A stretch of DNA of 64,000 bases from the human T2T-CHM13v2.0 reference genome, Homo sapiens, in NCBI RefSeq assembly GCF_009914755.1, contig NC_060935.1, one strand, 5' to 3'. The notes under the pieces were generated by a model. The model was not told the DNA's origin. It saw nothing but the letters and a program-made list of their open reading frames with translations, and ran no database searches. Numbering within the stretch: the stretch's first letter is position 1; every line of letters begins with the position of its first letter. The translations under genes were made by a program, and so were the position numbers. Below, in pieces: positions 54,551 to 64,000 of the stretch.

Positions 54551-57500
54551 ACCTAGAATCTCTCTTTGGGGATTTCTTATCAACTTGCTTCTTTAGGGTA
54601 TAATGGATTTCCCTAAACAAGCAAAAACACTGAAACTACAGTATGCAGGACATGAAAACAACAAGAATACTGATACTAATGGTTGCAAGATGCCACTTGT
54701 ATCTGTTGAGTCATAGCCAATCATGTGGCTTACAAGCTGGCTCTAAACGCCAATTCTGGCTCTTATGAATCCCACCAATCTATTCTCCCTCATATGGCTC
54801 CACCACCCAACACAACATCCTCTGCTCTAGCCCAGCTGAAACATGATTTCTCATTTTCCTGTGGATGTGCATATGCTATTCCCTGCAACTGGAATGTCCT
54901 CTCTGGTCACCCTGGTGAACTCTGATGACCCTTCAGTACAGTTAGTTCATGCTTCACCTCTTCTGTGAGACCCTGCCTGACTGCCCCCATGCAGAGGTGG
55001 CTCTTGTATGTCCCCTGTACATTTACACCCCACTCCAATTACTCCATTACGTGGCTGTGTCTTCCAACAGGTTGTCATCTCTTTGAAGGCAGGGATTGGC
55101 TTTCCTCTGACTTTGCCCAGCACTTTTACAGTGCCTGGAAATTGCACACTCTTAACAGACATTAGTTGAATGACTGAACTCCCACATTCCCAAAGAGGCA
55201 TACAGCCTTGTGTTTAGCAATGGTGGCATCACTTGAATAAATGTATGGCCTCTCCAGGTGCCACCTCTGAAGGAAGTCAAACTCATTGGATTGTTTATAT
55301 TCCAGGTCACATCTAGAATAGGCTTAGCTCATACTTGTTTGAAGCATAGGATTGACAGAAGCCCACGAGGGCAGCTGAGCCATTTCCCTGCCTCCAGGAC
55401 AAACTCGCATCTAAAGTGGTGAAGGAGATGAAAAGCCTACCTGGCTTTTCAAAAACACATGGAAGGATCAAAAACCACTCCCAGCAAGTCATGGCAATGT
55501 TGAATCAAGAACTGAGGGCACCTCCCTCTACCCGCTGAGTCAGTGGCCTTTGTCTGCTTTGTGACTCACCTCACTGCTTATAAACCACCAGAGCACTTGG
55601 GAACAGGGCAGTTGAGCTGTTCACACCCACAGGTAAGAGGTCAGCTCCCTTCCTCCATGTTCCCAATGGCACCCTTAGCACCCACGGCACGGGGATGGAT
55701 GTGTTCCCTCCTGACTCATCAGAAGGTAACTGGGTGGCTACCTTGCTCTGTCTAGTAAGTCAGGGATGGATAGTGGATGAGATGGTTAAATTAGATTGGC
55801 AAAAAGGAAACTCACATTCTGGACTTGACAGTGTGATATGTACTTTGTATGGGCTCAAATCCCACTATGAGGCCAGTTACCAGCCATGGGTCACGTTGCT
55901 TGACATTTCCTAGTTTCATTTCCTCAGCTTTAATGAAGATAACACCCATAACCTGGTTGGTTGTAAGGAGGTAAAGAGATTAGGTCTGCTACACAGTAGG
56001 GGTGCAAAGCATGTCAGACATCATCCACATCTCCACTCCTTGGCCTGACGTCCCATGAACTGGCTTCGTGGGTTGGCACAAACTCCTTCCCTTCTCTGGG
56101 CCTTCAGTTTCCCCAGCTACCTAGGTGAGCCAAATTATTCCTTAGTTCCTTCAAGATACAAGGTGGGTGCGGGGAGGGAGTTTGAGTATGAGACTTCCTA
56201 TGTGATATTTTATGTGTATGTGCATGTGTGTGTGAGTGAGAGAGAGAATGAATGAATGAGAAACCATTTATTTTAAAGTTCCCTTAATGGAATAAGACAG
56301 ATTTAAATATTTTGAATCCAACCCACTGTGTTCTCTTTGTTCCATATATGTATTTTAAAAGCTTATCTTTGTCTTTTAGCTCCTTCAAGGATGCAAATCC
56401 TTCCCAATCTATGGTAAAGGTTTTCTCCCTCCTGATCATTTGAAATACATTTTTTTAACATGTTAAATCCTTACTCTTTGTATTTAAATACTTTGATGTT
56501 TTCCATAAAATAGGTTGGGAAGGGTTAGAACAAAAACGCATTTCATTTATCTGAACTACTAAGATGTCAGAAAGAGAGGCAGCTTGCAGCCTCCCAAGAG
56601 GGAAACACTCAGCCCCTGCAGGACTCTCCAAGCTTCCTGCTTGGACCATATCACTAAGACAGGAACCATAATCAGAACCCTACAGATTCAGAAATCCACA
56701 AAGTTAGCACTTCCCAAAGAGCTTCTGAAGAAACCCTACTCTTGTGAGAGTGCTAAAAATGGTTTTGCTTTAGAAAAAAGAAAACTCATATTAGAAGTTT
56801 GGGAACTCTTATGTGCTATTTATGCCTCTCTTGGAGATTCGCATAAGCATAGTGAAGACTCTGAGACTTTCTGCAGCATGAAAATACATTAACCTCTCTA
56901 ATTTGGCATTTATCAAACTTATTTGGACACAAACCAGTTTTTTTTTGGGGGGTGGGGGATGGTTATTTGCTCCTATGGTGAAAAGGAAAAAAGAAAAAAC
57001 TATTACCCCTCCACATGCTCACACATCCACACAATACGGAAAAAATATTTGAAACCTAGTCCCTGGAGCTGGGATGGGACAGAGGTAGGAGCAGTCACTC
57101 CAGAGTCAGATAAACCCAGGTTCAATGCTAATTCCACCAGCAGTGTAGCCTCAGGGATGATACTTCAACTTCCAGAAGTTTCCAAAGCTTTCCAAACCTT
57201 CCAAAGCTTTCACTTAGCTTTGCTGTAAGTGAAAACCAGGCTTCTAGAGTGCTTGTGTGTGCATTAGATGAGTCGAGGAGTGCACAAAGGTATCTGGTAG
57301 GTAGTATTTTTTAAATGTGTAAACTATTTTTTAAACGTGACTCTCCCTACTCTCCCTTTGCTTTTCTCTTTGCAAAATCACAAGTAGAGGCATTCGAAAG
57401 CACACTGGTCAATTTTTGCAATGCTTATAAAGCTTTAAATCAAATTATTTCACATAAGAGGCTATCTTGGAATATCATTCCATTACCTTGTCTATATGTT

Positions 57501-58431
57501 TTCATAAATAAAGTCACCCCCCCTCAAAAAAAAGGTAGGGCCACTTTCATCCATATGTATGTGAAGGAGAACCTAGTATTTCATACAGCTATCTGAAATT
57601 TAATATCAAGGAATTTACCTGTGTCAAATATTACTTTATTTAACAGAATGTGATATCGCTTGATATAGTCATAAAGTGCATTCCTATCAAAATACAGCTG
57701 TTATTAACATTACTAACAACTGCTTTACCCCAGTGATTTTTATTGAAACTATAACGATGGGCACTTTTGAAATAAGTGTTCCTAGCTAATTTGCAGAGGG
57801 CTATCTCCCAGAGAGAGTTCATATTATAATTCTAACGGGGTTTTCACACAAGGTAGAATGAGGAGTTTAAAATGCTTGAAAGAGAGTCATCTCGAGGTCA
57901 CCAATAATTAAATAGGAGCTAAAGGAACGGAACAAGGAAAATGTGTAATCTTCCCTGGCTCTGAAATTAAAAAAAAAAAAAAACAGTTATCAGCAAGACA
58001 GTGCTTCTGCAGGGAGGCTGATCTCGATCTACAGTAGGATTCCTTTCAAACCAGGATGTCTATTTCAAAATGCCCATTAAAAGTCTATGATGGACTTTAA
58101 TTATGAGAGGCAGCAGATAAGAGTCCAGTTCATTCCCTCCTGTTGTCGGGGTGGTTTAGAGCTGCCAATCATCACCCCCTTCAATGAGGCCCAAGGTGCA
58201 GATACCCCTTTCAAGAGGCTGGCTAGACTGTGAGGGAAGGGCTCTTAACGCACACCCCACACGTGGCGCCTGTGAAGTGCAATGAAGGGACCTCCTGCTA
58301 GGGCTGCAACAATCTTCCCATTCCCCCAGGATGCAATAACCAAGGGAACCACATCCCTGCTTCTCAGTGCTCAACCTTCTGAGGCTCATCTTCTCAACTC
58401 TGTTCACCTCCACAGTGTTTGTGGGTGATTT

Positions 58432-58489
58432 GATCTGGTACTCCTTAAGCTAATGGTGACAGGGGCCTGTTAGCTTAAGGAGTACCATA
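58432..58489 (-). ncRNA. MIR5579: pre-miR-5579 hairpin (annotated, low-evidence miRNA)
   Basis: The reverse complement is UAUGGUACUCCUUAAGCUAAC-loop-UUAGCUUAAGGAGUACCAGAUC, which matches miR-5579-5p/-3p as recalled. It lies inside a 34-bp inverted repeat. Confidence 0.9.
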
Positions 58490-58511
58490 TTAAATCACCC
58501 ACATGGTTCTT

Positions 58512-58534
58512 ACACACACACACACACACACACA
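58512..58534 (+). repeat. (CA)n next to MIR5579
   Basis: Directly visible. Confidence 0.9.
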
Positions 58535-59444
58535 GAGTAAAGGACAGAGCAGCAGCAGTCCAGCTCAGTAGAAGCAGCACCAGCTCTACAGTAAGAAAGA
58601 CCAGAGTTTGAATCCTGATTCCTTCACTTCCTGCTGTGTGGTCTTGGGCAATTTACTTACCATCTCTTTTTGTAACATGGAGACTAGATACCTGTCATCT
58701 ATAATACCTGTCACCTATGTTTAATATGGGGCCCCTAATTCATAATAGGATACCTAAGAATGTCATTCCCCAAAAAAAGCAGAGGCCCTGCAGTCAATGT
58801 TTGTCTGCCTCCATGAGTGCCTAAAAAACAACTCCCTCCACCCCAAGAGAGAAACTCGCTGGAGAGGCCAGCTGAGAAAGAAAAATGTTAAATAATTCAG
58901 AAGCACTAACATCAAGTCTGATGTAGGTATAAAAATAGTTACAAAACACCACACTCCTCTTGTTTTCCTTACAGCAACCTTGGCTCCCTGGTAGAACAGA
59001 GGGAGGGAGGGTCTGACCCAAGGCTGGTTCTGGGCCTGGGGCAGGGACTGTGGCCCAGGAGCCTCTCTGGGCTTCTATTTTGGCTCTTCTAATCACTCCT
59101 CTTTGTACAAAGGTAAGGCAGGCATTTGCTTGTCACCTCTACATTTTAAAACAGCCTTCTGATAGGCCGACTTATTTTTAAACTGAAAGTATGCTCAGCT
59201 GGGCCATTTGAATCAGAGGGAATTCTTTGCATCCTGTCTTCTAAAGTAGACCAACTGGTGAGCCTTCCAAGGATGCCGGACCCAATCCCAAAGCTTAAGT
59301 TAAAAGGAGAAGGCTGGGAGGCTGTCCTAAACCCAATCCCCCAAGGAGTCCCATGCCATTGGCCTGTGTCATCCAGAAAGACTATGCTGTCCCTAAAAGC
59401 ACAGATACTGGGAAGAGAACAGGAAGATTCCAACTGGAGAGGTA

Positions 59445-59680
59445 ACATTGACTAAGCACCTACCATGTGCCAGGCACCCTGCCAGATCCTTTACCTATAT
59501 TATCTCCTGAAGCCCTCACAATATATCCCAAATCAGTTGCAACCCCCACCCCCGCCATTGTACAGATGAAGAAACTGAGGCCCAGGGAAGTGAAGACACT
59601 TCCTACGGCAAAGTTCCACTAAAGAGTCAGGGCTAAAACTGAGTTGGTCTGACTCGTAGCCTGTGCTTTCTCCCCCATAC
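59445..59680 (-). mobile_element. MIR (many more decayed MIR/L2 pieces in the window are not listed)
   Basis: ctaccatgtgccaggcac...cattgtacagatgaagaaactgaggcccag. Confidence 0.85.
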
Positions 59681-60559
59681 CATCCACAAGAGCAGAGCAT
59701 GTGGTTTGAAAGGGTCTTCATGAAATATTCAACTGCATTTGTAGCTCCTGTCTCGTTCAAGCCAGCTCTGAATGCTTACAAGTGCATTTTTTTTTTTTTG
59801 CAAGGAAACTGCATGGGTACAAATTTCCAATTCATACTTAACAAGGTGGGGAAACGGGTCATTCTTGGCCTGCTCCAGAACAAGGGGCGAGTCTATGCAC
59901 TCCTGGAGCAGCAGGCGCAGGGAGGGTTAAATGTGAGGCCAGAACCAAATCTCCTGTTTCCAGGAGCTGAGGATTTAGAAGAGTCTCTTTGGTTGATTTT
60001 TACAGGAGAGAAGAAGGAGTGACCAGCAAGTGAGAGGAGGCCTGCAAGGGTAGAGGAAGGAGGATGAATAATAATAATCACAATACTTCTAGTCCTTTTG
60101 GAAAATATGTTCTCATCCTTCAAGTCGACGTCAAATGCTTCCCACTTTTTGAAGCTTCCCTGCCTCCCCCACTAACCTGGGTGTGAAGGTTCTTTCTCAG
60201 ATGTGTCTGTCTACTTTGTGCCAGGCTCCCTGGTAGAAGCTTGATTAATGCTATTTCATTTCATTCTTACAGCAGGTATTGTTGTCATACATTAAAAAAG
60301 ATGGAACTAATACCAAGAGTTTAGTTTGTCTGCCAAAAGTCATACAAGCTAGTCCAGTGGCTTCCAACCAGGGACGGACAATCTTGGCAATTCTTTGCTC
60401 AGTGAACTTTTGGCAATGTCTGTCAACATTTTTGGTTGTCACAATTGGCGGGGAAGGCACTGGAATCTAGTAGATAGAGGCCAGGGATGCTGCCCAACAT
60501 CCGTGATTCACAGAACACCCCCTACAACAAAGAATTATCTGGTCATTTGTGGCAAAGTT

Positions 60560-60896
60560 GGCCAGGTGCAGTAGCTCACACCTACAATGCCAGCACTTTG
60601 GGAAGGCTGAGATAGGAGGATCACTTAAACTCATGAGTTCGAGACCAGCCTGGACAACATGGCAAAACCTAGTCTCTACAAAACAAAACAAAACAAAAAT
60701 TAGCCAGGTATGATGGCTGGATGCCTGTAGTCCTAGCTCTTATACTTGGGGGACTGAGGTGGGAGAATCATTTAAGCTCAGGAGAATCAATTATGCCCAG
60801 GAGGTCAAGGCTGCAGTGAGCCCTAATCACATCACTGCACTCCAGCCTGGGCAATAGAACCAGACCCTGTCTCCAAAAAAAAAAAAAATACAAAAA
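60560..60896 (+). mobile_element. AluJ
   Basis: Dimeric Alu with J-type features, a small internal tandem duplication (ggagaatca twice) and poly(A). Confidence 0.93.
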
Positions 60897-61193
<297 letters not shown>

Positions 61194-62759
61194 TCAGGGG
61201 TGCCGAAGTTGAGAAAGCCTGGTCTAGTTGTGGCTCAGCCCAGATTTAAACTTAGGTCAGTCTGACTCTTCAGCTGATAATGTCTTAATAGTACCTTTAA
61301 CTGGATCCTAAGTGCCTTGAGATCTGAGTGGCGTACCCTCCTGCTTTTCTGTCTTGAATCACATCTACTCCAGAGCCCAGCTCACTCCGCAGGCCCTTAC
61401 TGATTGGATTAATCAGTATACTTAACAACGGTGCTAAGGATCAAGGTGAGGAGTGTACCAAAGGGACCCAGCCTTTCTGTAGCTGAACTTTTCAGGAGGA
61501 CATTGAGTCCAATTTCTCACCCCCTGCAGGAAGCTTCTTAATAGACTTGACAGCACTGCTTGCCCTCCTCCAATGACAGGAAGCTCACTCCCTCCACAAG
61601 CTGTCTAATCTCTTCTGGGATGTTCTGGCTGATGCTGAACTAAAGCCAGCTCTCCCCACATCCCTAGCACATCTCAGTGTCTGGAGCCTTTGGGGAAAGA
61701 CTCTTGGTTAGCTACTAAGAGACTAGCCCTAAACTCCTGGCCATGTTCTCCTGAGTCCTAGAAAAGTGAAGTAGAAGAACACGGACTTGGAGCCAGACTG
61801 ATCCAAATTCAAATCCTGGCAACACTACTCATATAGTCAGTGATGGAGCATAACAAGACTGTTGGCAGTGTTGCTGTGCTCAGCACACAGTAGGTGCCTC
61901 TTAGCACACAGTAGGGGCACAAATGGCCTATCTATCTGAGGTGGCAGGACCTGCTCACGTGGCCTTGGCTCCCATCCCTCTGGTATAAGCTCTGTGACAT
62001 CTCTTTGGTCTCTGCCTGCCTGCCTGCCTCTGGGGTCCACTTCTGAACAAGTGAATTTAATTCCATGATTATTGAGGGGAAAGAACAGTGAGACATGTGA
62101 TGACAACAGATCAAGAAATAACAACCATAAGAGTGAACAAGGCAACATTTTGACTTGAAAAGTTCTAGGAATGTGCTGTAAATTATAGGTGTGTGCCCAC
62201 ACACCTGTGCACAAACACGTGCCAAAATGTGGGGGTCTTTCAGAAACCTACTTTGAGGCCTTGAGACCATCACCCACACTCTGGTCTAGAATGAATTTCC
62301 CCACACTATTTCCCACCTTCAGGAGTAGGCTATGAAAGGAGTATCTCCTTCCAAAATTAATTCTTGAAACAAGGCTTTGTTCATCAGTGCAGGCAGATGT
62401 GAGAAGAGGATACATATCTTCTATTAAAAATGTTAGCTAACAAGTTCAGATGACATCAAAAGATGGTGTGTATCTTGTTCCTCCCACCAGGTATAAGATA
62501 TTCAAGTTCCCCATCCCCTCCATGGCTCATGAACTTACAACCAGCACCTCCTGGAGAGGAACATTTGCTTTACGGAGAGGTGGATGTCTGTAGGGGACCC
62601 TGGCTCCCTGACTCACTGGTAGAGTGACCTCAGGCAAGATGTCTAACCTCATTGAGTCCCTGTTGCCCCTCTGGAAAATGGGAACTAACAAGACCTTACT
62701 CAGCTCCATGTGAATAAATGCGATAATATAGGCCAAATGCCTCACACAATTCAACAAAG

Positions 62760-63110
62760 AGGATCCTGTGATCATCCAGATGAGAGAAGATCGGGGTGAA
62801 CCCAGGTGGTAGCAGTGGAGAGCATGAAGAGTGGTCCGCTGTGAGGTTATGGCTGGAAAGCAGAGCCAATATGATTTCCTGACGGCTGAGCTATAAGGTA
62901 TGAAAACAAAAACAGGAGTCAAAGATGACTCCAAAATTTGAGGCCTGTGAACCAGAAGGACGGAGTTACCATTAGCTGAGCTAGGAAGGATTGCCAGTAA
63001 AGCAGGTCTTTCAGGGAAGATGAGTTTCGGATGTGTTAGGTGTGAGACACATATGAGATTATTCAAATAAAAATAGCAAGGAGGCAGTTGGATATATGAA
63101 TCTAGAATTT
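62760..63110 (-). mobile_element. L2 fragment
   Basis: aggagtcaaagatgactccaaaatttgaggcctg...gaggcagttggatatatgaatctag. Confidence 0.8.
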
Positions 63111-63479
63111 GATAGACACAGTATTGGTACCTTTCATTCCCCTTTTCTTCTCTCCTTTAAAACTGCAGATACCTTCACAGATCCAGGAAGCAAGATATGG
63201 CCTAGATCAATCTTAATGACCTAGTGACCATCTACCCCTGTGTGATGCAGTTCAGCACACATGAACCAGGAGGTGAAGTGGCAGAGGGGGCTGTCTGCTC
63301 AGGGCTTCTCCAGTGCCACCATGGTACCCTGGTGACACAAAATGGGAATGATGAAACTCCCTACACAACACAAGAATGATGAAAACTTCCCTGGTCAAAC
63401 TACTACCAGACTAGAGGGACCCTGGTCTTGGTTCCATGCTTCCACAGGCCCATCACGGATCAGCACATTGTCAGAAGCT

Positions 63480-63960
63480 TTAAAAAGCTGCATTATCTTT
63501 GACCTAGAAATTTCAAGTAAAGAAATTGGACTGAAGAAAATAAACAGACAACTACATGAAAATGTTGATCTCAGCATTATTTATGGTGGTGAGAAATGGA
63601 AAACAACAATAGAAAATTAGTTAAATAAATAATGGTATATCCTTATGAGGGAATACTACATAGCTATTAAACATCATGTTGGAGGAAAAATTAATGGAAC
63701 GGGGAAACGATCGTGATAGATTAAGGTTGCAAAACAATGTGTGTAATGTGCTCCAAATTATGGTGGGAGAGGGTAGTGGTGAGAATTAGGATTTTACATA
63801 GAAACAATACTGGAAAGAAAATCAAAAGGTTAGGAGAAACTACCTCTCCATGGCAAGATTATGGGTTCTTTTTCTTGTTCTCTGTGTTATCTTAGGTTTC
63901 CTAAATTTTCTGTTGTTTATATGCATTATTGTCATAATCAGAAGAAAACCACATTAAACA
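63480..63960 (+). mobile_element. Old L1ME-type 3' fragment
   Basis: ctttgacctagaaatttc...ttaaataaataatggtatatcc...ggaatactacatagctattaaa. Confidence 0.75.
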
Positions 63961-64000
63961 AAAACATAATAAAGGTTATAAAATTTTCAAAGTAATACTT

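Noticed and set aside
62527-63066. 179-aa ORF
   Set aside because: Spans MIR and L2 remnants with no coherent protein homology.

Overview
This is human (primate) non-coding DNA. Two microRNA hairpins on the minus strand identify the locus: MIR708 (38291-38378) and MIR5579 (58432-58489), about 20 kb apart. Both are known from the first intron of TENM4/ODZ4 (chr11q14.1, minus strand), so the window is most likely entirely TENM4 intron 1. I found no protein-coding exon. The listed ORFs are chance ORFs or translations of Alu, L1 or LTR sequence. Much of the window is interspersed repeat: Alu, MIR, L2, old L1M, MLT1/LTR16 LTRs and MER DNA transposons. I see no new multi-gene system. The most unusual items are retrotransposition and repair footprints: (1) an AluS with an inverted 26-nt piece of Y5 RNA inside its target-site duplication (TSD); (2) a 288-bp local duplicate with 7 CpGs versus 0 in its donor; (3) a ~180-bp inverted templated copy of an L1 fragment near MIR708; (4) an Alu plus inverted L1 ORF2 fragment inside one TSD. 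Family names, reference sequences and the locus are recalled from memory, not searched. Repeat boundaries are approximate unless a TSD is quoted.
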